Shown: piece after piece, positions 35,850-44,555 of the stretch
Layout of the letters: every line of letters starts with the position of its first letter
Numbering within the stretch: position 1 is the first letter of the stretch
DNA from: a virus
Taxonomy: Duplodnaviria; Caudoviricetes
Strand: one strand, 5' to 3'
Virus record (IMG/VR): IMGVR_UViG_3300021431_000106
Location: 1-64,000 of that record
Length of the DNA: 64,000 nucleotides
Notes under the pieces: model-generated
Databases searched by the model: none
What the model saw: the letters and a program-made list of their open reading frames with translations, nothing else
Told to the model about the DNA's origin: nothing
Position numbers and translations under genes: made by a program

Positions 35850-36205
35850 GCCATTTTGTCGGTAAAATCGTACTGAACTCGCTTATCCGCACCAAGATTA
35901 TGGAAGTGGAGGAGGATGGTGCTGTCGAAAAAGGCATTTTCATCCCTTTCAAAGACAACGACATCGTTATGTGGGGCGACGAGATACAATTATGGTTCCG
36001 TGCTTTCGGATACCGTGAACCAAAGTCGCGTTTCTCTCATTTCCTTATGAAGTTCATCCCAAGAAGTCAGATAAAGAGACTCTCTACCGCACAAATCGAG
36101 GCTTTCGCTAACCACAAGATAGGCGGTATGATTAAGGACAAACACGTAACAAAAGAGACAGAAGAAGTTATGGAAACCGAAGATTTTATTAAAAGTAACA
36201 TCTAA
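35846..36205 (+). CDS. hypothetical protein
   Basis: ORF track; VEKGIFIPF motif. Confidence 0.75.
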   Translation: MSHFVGKIVLNSLIRTKIMEVEEDGAVEKGIFIPFKDNDIVMWGDEIQLWFRAFGYREPKSRFSHFLMKFIPRSQIKRLSTAQIEAFANHKIGGMIKDKHVTKETEEVMETEDFIKSNI

Positions 36206-36252
36206 TTCAAAAAAAATTCGTATCTTTGCAAAATCAAAAAAACATTAAAATC

Positions 36253-36540
36253 ATGACAAAAAAAGACATTATCGATGAGGTCTTTCGCAAGACCGGAGTT
36301 ACAAGAGAGGCTATACAAGCCGTAATTGACGAAGCAATCGACATCGTTGCCGATTCGGTTTGCAACGGCGAACCGATTTACATCCGTGGACTATTTACCA
36401 TTGCTCCTTTAAAGAGAGCAGAAAAAGTCGGACGGAACATCAAGAAAAACGAACAGATTGTCATCCCTGCACACTACACACCTCACGCTAAATTCTCCAA
36501 TGAAATTTGCGAGAAAGTCAAAAAGTTGCCAATAAAATAA
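36253..36540 (+). CDS. HU/IHF-family DNA-binding protein
   Basis: MTKKDIIDEV...GEPIYIRGLFTI...RAEKVGRNIKKNEQIVIPAHYTPHAKFS. Confidence 0.9.
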   Translation: MTKKDIIDEVFRKTGVTREAIQAVIDEAIDIVADSVCNGEPIYIRGLFTIAPLKRAEKVGRNIKKNEQIVIPAHYTPHAKFSNEICEKVKKLPIK

Positions 36541-36551
36541 AAACAAAAACA

Positions 36552-36983
36552 ATGGAAACATACGAACAGAAACTGATTTCCGATGCGCTCAATTTCGCGC
36601 ACCTCACAACCCTCCCGAAGAGGGCTGACCCCAATAAGTCCCTTTGGATTGAGGCAATCGCAAAAATCCGCCTTGCCAACAACAGCGTGGCATACGGCGT
36701 CGTAAAACGCAACGCCGACCTCTCCTACCGGGTGACATACGTCAATGGCGCAACAGCGGCGCTCGCAAAAATTGAAGAGGTGTATCCGTATATTGTACTT
36801 GACAAACAGTACATCAAGAAATTCCCCAAAGACTCCGACGAAAGCGACCGTATCGCATATTTGAAGTCGCTCAACCTGCCCTATGCCGTCGGCGGTTATT
36901 TCGACGGCATGGACATCGACCAACTCAACAAAGAGGTTGTCAAGGCGGCAGTGTATCAACAACTCAAAGCATTGGAGGAATAG
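36552..36983 (+). CDS. hypothetical protein
   Basis: ATG at 36552 within ORF 36507..36983. Confidence 0.75.
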   Translation: METYEQKLISDALNFAHLTTLPKRADPNKSLWIEAIAKIRLANNSVAYGVVKRNADLSYRVTYVNGATAALAKIEEVYPYIVLDKQYIKKFPKDSDESDRIAYLKSLNLPYAVGGYFDGMDIDQLNKEVVKAAVYQQLKALEE

Positions 36984-36986
36984 GAA

Positions 36987-37571
36987 ATGACCGAGGAAAT
37001 TATCAAACTGAGGGAACGTCTCGTTGAGTTGAGCACAGACCCCATCGAGACCCGCGAACTCCTCGACAAACTCACATACGAGGAAATCGCGCAGTATGAC
37101 GCGGATTGTCCGCTTATCGTTACCAAGAACGAAATCCAAGAGACAAAGGACGGAGAAATATACAAACTCCACAAGACCCGTAACGGATATCTGTTGCATT
37201 ACCACGGCGGATACGATGTGCTTGTCGATGACAAACTGATGTCTACAGCGTCGGCATTGCAGCAGATTATGGACGGCGTTCCGAACGACATCACAGACAA
37301 GGACGAGCGTGAGGGTGTTGAACTAATGCTTTCCGCAGCAGAATTGGTCTTCCGTCTGCCGATGTTCGTACTGTCTCATCCGCAGACAACGCTCAATATT
37401 GCCACAATGGGGATTATGTATATGAACCTGCTGCAAAAAATGGGAGAAGTGCCCACTGAAGAGACGAACAACCCCGAATACGACAAGGCTATCGTTCAAA
37501 TGAACGAAATGATTGAAAATTTCGCTACCGGATTGGAAAAGGAATTTCAAGCCAAGAAAAACAATCAATGA
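36987..37571 (+). CDS. hypothetical protein
   Basis: ORF track. Confidence 0.8.
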   Translation: MTEEIIKLRERLVELSTDPIETRELLDKLTYEEIAQYDADCPLIVTKNEIQETKDGEIYKLHKTRNGYLLHYHGGYDVLVDDKLMSTASALQQIMDGVPNDITDKDEREGVELMLSAAELVFRLPMFVLSHPQTTLNIATMGIMYMNLLQKMGEVPTEETNNPEYDKAIVQMNEMIENFATGLEKEFQAKKNNQ

Positions 37572-37602
37572 AAAATTAGTGTCATTTGTGTATATTTAAG
37601 TG

Positions 37603-37635
37603 GAAAGGGTTCATAAAATGGAACCCTTTCTTTTT
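37603..37635. terminator. intrinsic terminator at the convergence of the + and - operons
   Basis: gaaagggttc 37603-37612/gaaccctttc 37621-37630 followed by TTTTT. Confidence 0.75.
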
Positions 37636-37642
37636 AATATAC

Positions 37643-38152
37643 TCAAAAAGTTTCTGAGTATTGTAACAGTCTGGTCTTGCCGTTCAAGTTCTGCATAGGG
37701 ACTTCCAAGATAATGTAGGGCGTATTGCCGTGCCATTTTTCGTCGCTGACTTTTATCTCATCTTGGACGACAAAACGGAACTCTCTATTTCTTGCATTAT
37801 CCTTATACAGATGCACGCCGTGGCGAAGATAACTTTCAAACCTGTCTATCACCAATTGGCGCATATAGGCATCACCCACGACAGCGAAACTCATAGTGAT
37901 AACTGTCGCTTCATTGGTATATGAATCGACTTCCCTGCCGTTTTCAAAAACCGTATCGCTTTCGGGAACGTAGACACGCAAATCGTCACTGTCAGCATAA
38001 GTCTCCGTATAGATATTCTTCGCCTTGCCGACATCGTTCATCCCTTTTGCATTGAGGTAGATTAAACCTTGGAACTCATCCTCTATATCAATGACGTTGT
38101 AACCAGTTTTATCTATTCTTTGCATCTTATGCGTATATTCCCCGTAAGCCAT
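37643..38152 (-). CDS. putative virion (distal-tail-like) protein
   Basis: Start MAYGEY at 38152; beta-rich; KAKNIYTETYADSD.LRVYVP pattern; own TATTTTTG -7 box near 38203-38210. Confidence 0.5.
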   Translation of the reverse strand: MAYGEYTHKMQRIDKTGYNVIDIEDEFQGLIYLNAKGMNDVGKAKNIYTETYADSDDLRVYVPESDTVFENGREVDSYTNEATVITMSFAVVGDAYMRQLVIDRFESYLRHGVHLYKDNARNREFRFVVQDEIKVSDEKWHGNTPYIILEVPMQNLNGKTRLLQYSETF

Positions 38153-38330
38153 ATTATTGATATTAAAAGTTATACACAGAAAAAGGTTTTCCTTTTCCAA
38201 TACAAAAATACAACTTTTTTTGAAAATGTACGCTACTCTAAATAAAAAAGGTGTGCAAACATCAGAATGTCAGTCAGACATTCATATTGCAACACCTTTT
38301 CTACGGGTATATATTTCTCTTTTTTCCGTT

Positions 38331-38747
38331 TCATATCTTTCTTTTTTCGCAGGTTGGACACATAAGACGTGCTGCAATCGGCTGCATCTCCCGGGCGAGT
38401 TCTCCGCCGACATACGCTATCGGTTCGCCCATCGGGTCAAGTCCGTTCGCTAACGCTATATGGTTCGCACAATGTATCAGTTCGTGGAACCAAGTGTTCG
38501 CGAACTCTGCCTTGGAAGATGTCTTGGATAGGACGATTACGGACTTCTTTTCGTCCATATTGGAATACGTCAGACCAGTGTCGGTAAGCCCTGCGTTAAG
38601 GTTTCTTGCCGCTTTCCAATAAGTATCATCGTCCACACCCGTCTCGTCAAGTTCCCTGAGTATGTACGACGCGTCACGGTAGTCGCTCTCATAATAGACG
38701 ACTACCTCCCAGTGGTAACGCGGTATGTATATATGCTGGCGTAGCAT
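38331..38747 (-). CDS. putative zinc metallopeptidase (HExxH)
   Basis: FANTWFHELIHCANHI...GEPIAYVGG. Confidence 0.6.
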   Translation of the reverse strand: MLRQHIYIPRYHWEVVVYYESDYRDASYILRELDETGVDDDTYWKAARNLNAGLTDTGLTYSNMDEKKSVIVLSKTSSKAEFANTWFHELIHCANHIALANGLDPMGEPIAYVGGELAREMQPIAARLMCPTCEKRKI

Positions 38748-38749
38748 AG

Positions 38750-39163
38750 TTACAGCATTTCAGACCAGTCAATTGGAATTCCTGCGTTCACGCAAGAAGC
38801 GTAAAACCTTGTGAAGACCTGACCGTCCGCAGCATCAGGGTCGTCGATGTAGTCCTTCACATACAGCAGGGCGTGCTTCTCGTCCTCGATGCTGCTGCCT
38901 ATGAAGTCTGCTTTTACCATCGCCATAACGTAAACGCCATTGTACATTACGTCGTTCTCGACTTCAATGTTGTTCTCTTTGAGTTTCTTTTCAAGGTCTT
39001 CCTTTTTCATCATCTCGACCCTGTTGCCCTTTCTGTCACGCATCATGCTTACGGCGAAGCGGCACATCTTCTCGTTAAAGTTCTTGCCGTAGTTCATGTA
39101 ATATGCACGCTGCTCTTCCGGCATCGTGTCGTATGTGTCAAGCGGTGTTCTATTTTTTGTCAT
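38750..39163 (-). CDS. hypothetical protein of the CCC cassette
   Basis: ORF track. Confidence 0.8.
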   Translation of the reverse strand: MTKNRTPLDTYDTMPEEQRAYYMNYGKNFNEKMCRFAVSMMRDRKGNRVEMMKKEDLEKKLKENNIEVENDVMYNGVYVMAMVKADFIGSSIEDEKHALLYVKDYIDDPDAADGQVFTRFYASCVNAGIPIDWSEML

Positions 39164-39234
39164 TTTTTATCTGTTTTAAATTGTTAATTCTTGAAAGTTT
39201 TTGCAGAACTTTCAAACTATTTCAACGTTGTAAA

Positions 39235-39269
39235 GAAAGGGCGAGGGGAACAAGCCACGACGCCCTTTC
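39235..39269 (-). terminator. stem-loop between cassette genes
   Basis: gaaagggcg 39235-39243/cgccctttc 39261-39269. Confidence 0.5.
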
Positions 39270-39281
39270 ACGTTTGGAACG

Positions 39282-39533
39282 TTAGTATCTGCGATAGCGA
39301 CGACGCTCCATCATCGGGTCGTCATCCCAGTCACGATTGCCGTAACGTCCACCGTCGCGCATTCCCATACCGTAACGGTCGCCATAGTAGCGGTCACCGT
39401 AGTAGCGGTCGCCGTATTCGTCCTCACGCATCTCCTCGACGCAGTGCATCAGTTCTCCGGCGGTGTAGAGAATGTCCTCGACCATTGCGGACATTTTCTT
39501 CTTGTCTTTTTTCTGGATTATAACGTAAGCCAT
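39282..39533 (-). CDS. small Tyr/Gly/Asp/Arg-rich protein
   Basis: YGDRYYGDRYYGDRYG repeats; ends MMERRRYRRY. Confidence 0.75.
   Translation of the reverse strand: MAYVIIQKKDKKKMSAMVEDILYTAGELMHCVEEMREDEYGDRYYGDRYYGDRYGMGMRDGGRYGNRDWDDDPMMERRRYRRY
39376..39420. repeat. 15-nt imperfect tandem repeat x3
   Basis: cggtcgccatagtag / cggtcaccgtagtag / cggtcgccgtattcg. Confidence 0.75.
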
Positions 39534-39536
39534 TTT

Positions 39537-40079
39537 TTACTGCTCCTTTCTGATTAACGAAGAACCCATGCTTGGTTGTTGCGGAGCAAGTGCACCTTTG
39601 AGCAGATTCGTAAGTTCGGCAATAGTCTGTCTCATTTCAGACATCTCACCTTTCATCTTCGACATCTCCTCGTCTCGTTCGCTCTCTTTTCGAAGAGAGG
39701 GATTCAAGTCCATAAGCCATTGTTTTGTAGAAGCCACAACCTTTTTGTGATAGCCTTGGCTGTTCAAAACGTTCTGACTGTTGGTGCCGAAAGCCTCAAT
39801 CTCGTTTGTGATTAGCTGCTTGTCATCGGAAATGACATAACCACCCGAACCAGTGTCTACGATTGACAGCGCGGTATTGACACCGCTGAAAGTCTTGGTA
39901 TCGTCACCAACTTTGACATTAATGTCGATTACCTGCTCCATTTGCATCGTTGGCATAAACTGGTTTGCGACTTTCGGACGTGGGGGTGTCGTCGATAAAA
40001 CTTGTCCTATATTGAAAGAGGGATTTTCTCCTTTACAGAGGACGTAAACTATTGAACCTGGTCTTAACGTTCCTAGCAT
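39537..40079 (-). CDS. hypothetical protein with C-terminal coiled coil
   Basis: ORF track. Confidence 0.8.
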   Translation of the reverse strand: MLGTLRPGSIVYVLCKGENPSFNIGQVLSTTPPRPKVANQFMPTMQMEQVIDINVKVGDDTKTFSGVNTALSIVDTGSGGYVISDDKQLITNEIEAFGTNSQNVLNSQGYHKKVVASTKQWLMDLNPSLRKESERDEEMSKMKGEMSEMRQTIAELTNLLKGALAPQQPSMGSSLIRKEQ

Positions 40080-40229
40080 TTTTCTTCGTTTTTTTGTTAA
40101 AAGTTGTTGTTAATTCGATTTTTCTTCGTATCTTTGCAATCGGGAATAGATAGGAGTCATGACCTATTGACAAGGGGTAAGTCAACGCCCTTTTCCCTCT
40201 TTTCCAAATCGTTGACATAACAAAAACTG

Positions 40230-40775
40230 TTGACAATGATAAATGAAAAGTTTATCAATTCAATTAGAATTGATGGAGAAAAATGGAAGTACGCCGATGA
40301 AAAACATTGGTACGCGGTATCATCATTAGGAAGAACATGCTCTTTGGAAAGAACTATTCTACAAAAAGATGGTAAAAAACGCACATACCCACCAAAATTA
40401 CTAAATGGAGAATATAATCGCGATGGATATAGGATGATAATCATCAACAACGGATGTGGGAAAAGAAAACTCGTAAGCGTACATAGGATTGTCGCAGTCG
40501 CCTTTGTCCCTAATCCTAACAATTTCCCATGTGTTGACCATATCGACAGAAACCGTAAAAATAACCATGCCGATAATTTAAGATGGGTTACTCAAATAGA
40601 AAATCTTCACAATAGAGAACCACGTCCTGTGGCAAGGATATGTAACGGCATAATCGACAAAGTCTACCCTTATTTATATTCCGTATCCGAAGATGGATTC
40701 TGGCCACAATCAGTTTCTAATTGCTGTCATGGCAGATGGAACACTCACAAAGGGTATAAGTGGGAATTTCTTTAA
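40230..40775 (+). CDS. NUMOD4-HNH homing endonuclease, antisense to its neighbours
   Basis: EKWKY...YAVSSLGR; VHRIVAVAFVPNPNN; VDHIDRNRKNNHADNLRWVT; promoter box TATCTTTG 40129-40136. Confidence 0.85.
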   Translation: MTMINEKFINSIRIDGEKWKYADEKHWYAVSSLGRTCSLERTILQKDGKKRTYPPKLLNGEYNRDGYRMIIINNGCGKRKLVSVHRIVAVAFVPNPNNFPCVDHIDRNRKNNHADNLRWVTQIENLHNREPRPVARICNGIIDKVYPYLYSVSEDGFWPQSVSNCCHGRWNTHKGYKWEFL

Positions 40776-40827
40776 TACCTCTCCTTGTCAATATGTCAAA
40801 GAACTCGCTATCCAATCCGAGATAGCA

Positions 40828-41163
40828 TTACTCGGTCGTCCGAGACATCAGCATCAAGTAACCCTTGAAACGGTTGTTATACACCTCAAAGGCACTGACA
40901 CTTGTCAATTCTGCGACAGTTACCGGTACGGAATTCGGCAAGGTCAGAGGTCTCGTCGTTCCGTTGAGGGTAAGCGTCACAGGCAGCGTGGTCGTTGCAT
41001 CGGCAGGAATGACATCCGACAACTCGACAATGAACTTGCCCATCGGTCGAATGTTACGGAAACCAAGTCCGATATTGACGCTTTCAGTACCTACGCTGAT
41101 GTTTGTGGACTGCAATACGGGTATTCCGCCTGCATTTACTGTAATATTAGGATTACAACTCAT
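40828..41163 (-). CDS. small beta-rich protein of the CCC cassette
   Basis: ORF track; Thr/Val/Pro-rich beta pattern. Confidence 0.8.
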   Translation of the reverse strand: MSCNPNITVNAGGIPVLQSTNISVGTESVNIGLGFRNIRPMGKFIVELSDVIPADATTTLPVTLTLNGTTRPLTLPNSVPVTVAELTSVSAFEVYNNRFKGYLMLMSRTTE

Positions 41164-41191
41164 GCTTTTACCTCCTTATCCGTTATTGCGT

Positions 41192-42214
41192 TTAGAACGT
41201 TATGTTGTTGCCGAAGCCGTTACCAAACCACCCGTTGTATCCGTAGCCATAGCCATTGGGGTAGAAACCTCCACTGACATAAGGAGTTGCGTTAACGGCA
41301 ACCAAGTTCGGGTATTGCACGCTTACGGTAGAAGGCTGCTTGCACTTGATGTCGTCGACTTCGCGAGCAAGGCTATTGAGGGCAGCGCTGATAGGAGCAA
41401 CTGCCTGTCCGACAACACCCGTGGTAAAGTTCTGAGATTCCAACTGGGCGACCTTGGCGGTCAGAGCGGTAATCTCACGGTCTTTACGGCTCGATTCCAT
41501 AGCATCGAGTTTGTTGTCAAGAGCGAGATAGTTGCGGTTCATTGTGTCACTGAGGGCGTAAGTTTGTTTACAGTCAGACAACTCCTGAGCGGCCTTGGTG
41601 GCGGCGATGTTGGTGTTGACACCAGCGAAGCCATTGTTGATAGCGTTGGTCTGCTCGACAGTGCGGAGTTGGTTCTCGTAACCCTGATTGGTCACGGTCT
41701 GACGCATGTCGCAGCAGCACTGACAGAGTTGGCTTGCGAGCGAGGCGTTGCCACTCTGGATGGCGTTCACCACCTGCATAGTGTTCATGCCCTGATTGGC
41801 AGCGATTGTGGCAAGGGCGGACTGCATCGTCTGTACGCCTTGGTTGACGAGGTTGAAGTCCTGACCGAGCATAGTGCTGAGGGTCTGGACAGCCTCGTGC
41901 TGACGCTCGCCGCTGTTAGTGATGGCGTTCATCAGAAGGTCAGTGTTGTTGTTTGCGGTAGCCTGAGCGCCGAGAGCGGCAGCGGCACCAGCGCCGTTCA
42001 TTCCGTTTCCACCAAAGCCCCAGCCGTTACCGCCGAGCCAGTTAGTAAAGATGCCACCGAGGACACCGCCGAGGATACCAGCGCCGAAACCGCCGCCGAG
42101 GAAACCGCCATTGCCGTAGCCATAGCCGTTGTTACCGAGAGCGAGCAGTCCGAGGGGGCTGTTCCAACCGTTGTTGTTGTTCCCATTGTCGGGAACCACG
42201 ATAGTTTCACTCAT
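41192..42214 (-). CDS. Gly/Asn/Tyr-rich low-complexity coiled-coil protein with CQCCCD motif
   Basis: Aromatic/Gly-rich N- and C-terminal tails; central Gln/Asn-rich heptads; LCQCCCDMRQ. Confidence 0.85.
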   Translation of the reverse strand: MSETIVVPDNGNNNNGWNSPLGLLALGNNGYGYGNGGFLGGGFGAGILGGVLGGIFTNWLGGNGWGFGGNGMNGAGAAAALGAQATANNNTDLLMNAITNSGERQHEAVQTLSTMLGQDFNLVNQGVQTMQSALATIAANQGMNTMQVVNAIQSGNASLASQLCQCCCDMRQTVTNQGYENQLRTVEQTNAINNGFAGVNTNIAATKAAQELSDCKQTYALSDTMNRNYLALDNKLDAMESSRKDREITALTAKVAQLESQNFTTGVVGQAVAPISAALNSLAREVDDIKCKQPSTVSVQYPNLVAVNATPYVSGGFYPNGYGYGYNGWFGNGFGNNITF

Positions 42215-42432
42215 TGTTTTCGAGTTTTAATGTTAATAATTCCGTTTGTTCTTGTGACGTCACGGATGCAAAGGTAAGGCAGGAATGCACAAAGAACTAC
42301 TGAATTCTTTTCTATATGTAAACGAGTGATTTGCAATGCCAAAATAGAATTTGCAAATTCTTTTGATATTTTCCTATGACATTCGGCAATAAAACATTGC
42401 CTTTTTCGTTAATATAGAAAAACAGATAAGTT

Positions 42433-42552
42433 ATGGCAAGACGTAGGAGAGTGAAAGTCAAGGCGAAAGCGAAAGTGAAGCCGAAACGTAAAATTAGAGA
42501 CACCTATCTTGAAAAGGTAATCGTTGTAACTGGTAATACTAAAAACAAATGA
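42433..42552 (+). CDS. small highly basic peptide (39 aa)
   Basis: Read by hand: MARRRRVKVKAKAKVKPKRKIRDTYLEKVIVVTGNTKNK*; ATGA-coupled to the next gene. Confidence 0.55.
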   Translation: MARRRRVKVKAKAKVKPKRKIRDTYLEKVIVVTGNTKNK

Positions 42553-42929
42553 GTAAATTTTTTGTACGTATCACGATATTGCTTGTTGCTGTGTATATGC
42601 TTATATGCCATATCGCTGCTTTCTTTTGGCAAATAAACCTATGGACTCATACATACACAGTAATGTTTGAACTCTGTGTATGTCTTTGCATATCTGCGCA
42701 AGGTAAGTATCATTGCAAATATATGAAATGGACAGCATATTCGATTTGCTTGTACGACGCCATTCTATCTGCTGATGAAATATTTGACTTCATACCTTAC
42801 TCTATTGCTATAATACTACCATTTATTATCATCACCGCAGGAGTGCTCACGACGACAACCCTCGCGATACTTCACTTCGTAAGAGTACAAAGATTAAAGA
42901 AGATATGGAAAGTGAAGCAGCAAAAGTAA
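42549..42929 (+). CDS. four-TM membrane protein
   Basis: Four hydrophobic segments. Confidence 0.7.
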   Translation: MSKFFVRITILLVAVYMLICHIAAFFWQINLWTHTYTVMFELCVCLCISAQGKYHCKYMKWTAYSICLYDAILSADEIFDFIPYSIAIILPFIIITAGVLTTTTLAILHFVRVQRLKKIWKVKQQK

Positions 42930-43273
42930 AGTCGCCCCTAATGAAAGAGGCGATACGATATTTAAGGGACATCCTCCACAGAATGGAGAACGGCGAATGC
43001 AACGACGAGCAGATAGGTTATATGCTCGGTCGCGTCAACGCCGAAAACAAAGGCTACTTCAAGGAAGACTCTTTCGTGACTTACGACGATGCAATGCGTA
43101 TCCTTAATATAGGCTCGCGTGAGGCAATGCAGAAAGTGCTCGCAAAACACGGTGTAAAAACGCACACGATAAACAACCACAAAGTCGGATTCCTCCGTAC
43201 AGAAGTAGAAGCGGTCGCAACTCTTGAGAAGCGACCGCAAAAGAATACGAGGAAAAGGGATAAGAATTATTAA
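42905..43273 (+). CDS. putative DNA-binding protein (excisionase/MerR-like HTH C-terminus)
   Basis: FVTYDDAMRILNIGSREAMQKVL...HKVGFLRTEVE. Confidence 0.55.
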   Translation: MESEAAKVKSPLMKEAIRYLRDILHRMENGECNDEQIGYMLGRVNAENKGYFKEDSFVTYDDAMRILNIGSREAMQKVLAKHGVKTHTINNHKVGFLRTEVEAVATLEKRPQKNTRKRDKNY

Positions 43274-44001
43274 TCTATCAGAATCATCCCATTTTGAAGA
43301 ATTGTAATACCAAATAGACCCGTATACGTATACATTGGTCCTTCCGGTTTCGTTAGTTTGTTTAAATTTTTTCTGTATTCAAAAAACGTTTCGGAGCCTG
43401 TGGTAAAACTATTATCCACAGATGTTGAATGACTGCAACAAATATAATTCATTCTATCATCGTATGGCCCATAAAGCGACCATACCCCCTCTATGGCAAT
43501 CGATGTCATAATTTGTACATATATAGAAAAACGCTCTCCTGTCCGTTCTTCAAGTTTTGCCATTAAAGGAGTGTGCTCTTTTTCTATATCTAGACGATAA
43601 ACAAATCGCGAACCGCCTGAAATTGATTCTTGGACATTAGGTGCGATGTTATCCGCATATTGCGAAAAAATCAAAAGTCCATTCGTTGTGCTTAAATCTA
43701 AATGAGGCGCAATTTCTGCCGTTATAGAATTTAACCCTACACTAACAGAAGTAGAGTATAATCCTATTTGTTTATTACCCTCTGGGATAGAAGGCTTATT
43801 AAGAATCTGGGCCACTCCGCTGACGGCGTTCCAATCAGCGTTAACCTGTGCCGCTGGGATAGTCGGTTTATTGCTTAAATCGTTATATGAACCTGATGTA
43901 GCGACGGTAGACAACCCAGGTATAGCGGTGGGCGTGGTGACGGGATATTGCGTCGCACCCGTCTCGGGGTCTTGCAACTGTACTATATTAGCTGTAGGCA
44001 T
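43270..44001 (-). CDS. tail fibre-associated protein with variable C-terminus
   Basis: LSTVATSGSYNDLSNKPTIPAAQVNADWNAVSGVAQILNKP fibre repeat; AT-rich 3' half. Confidence 0.7.
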   Translation of the reverse strand: MPTANIVQLQDPETGATQYPVTTPTAIPGLSTVATSGSYNDLSNKPTIPAAQVNADWNAVSGVAQILNKPSIPEGNKQIGLYSTSVSVGLNSITAEIAPHLDLSTTNGLLIFSQYADNIAPNVQESISGGSRFVYRLDIEKEHTPLMAKLEERTGERFSIYVQIMTSIAIEGVWSLYGPYDDRMNYICCSHSTSVDNSFTTGSETFFEYRKNLNKLTKPEGPMYTYTGLFGITILQNGMILID

Positions 44002-44019
44002 CGGTCACCTCCTTTCGTT

Positions 44020-44544
44020 TTAACTGAAATTACCGTCCAATATCAATGTGACGTCATTGTCGTTCCGCAGAGCGCCAACAGGCACAGGCACATCGATACT
44101 ATGGTTACTGCTGTCTTTAAGGCGTATCGCCGAATTAGGCGTGCCCGAAGTGGCGTCGTTGTATTTCGCCTCCAATGTGTAGGTCGTGTTCTCTCCAACG
44201 ATGTCAATTTCCTCGGTTTTCAGGACACCGTTGGTCTCCTTCGACCATGTCTTGACGATAAGTTTCGTTCCTGCTGCATTGACGGACACCTCCTGTACAT
44301 AGGGGCTGTCCGTTACACTGTTATCGCCTTTCAGCAGGTAAGGCAGTTGAGGTATATACTCGACCTTTAATTTGCGGACACCCCTGACGACTTCGGTATA
44401 TGTCTCGATGGGCATATACTTGGCAAGTTCATCCAACAAGGTCTGACCACCTGCTGTCATCGCCACTGCTGCCGCAATGGTCAAGGGGTATTGCAGTACC
44501 CCATTCTCCGCATCCTGTAATTGTACTATCTTTGCTGTAGGCAT
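44020..44544 (-). CDS. tail-associated hypothetical protein
   Basis: N-terminus MPTAKIVQLQDAENGVLQYPLT shared with 43270..44001. Confidence 0.7.
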   Translation of the reverse strand: MPTAKIVQLQDAENGVLQYPLTIAAAVAMTAGGQTLLDELAKYMPIETYTEVVRGVRKLKVEYIPQLPYLLKGDNSVTDSPYVQEVSVNAAGTKLIVKTWSKETNGVLKTEEIDIVGENTTYTLEAKYNDATSGTPNSAIRLKDSSNHSIDVPVPVGALRNDNDVTLILDGNFS

Positions 44545-44555
44545 AGTCTATAATT

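Noticed and set aside
40693-42277. Long + strand ORFs (40865..42277, 40693..41277)
   Set aside because: These are antisense shadows of codon-biased minus-strand genes and have no motifs or suitable leader.
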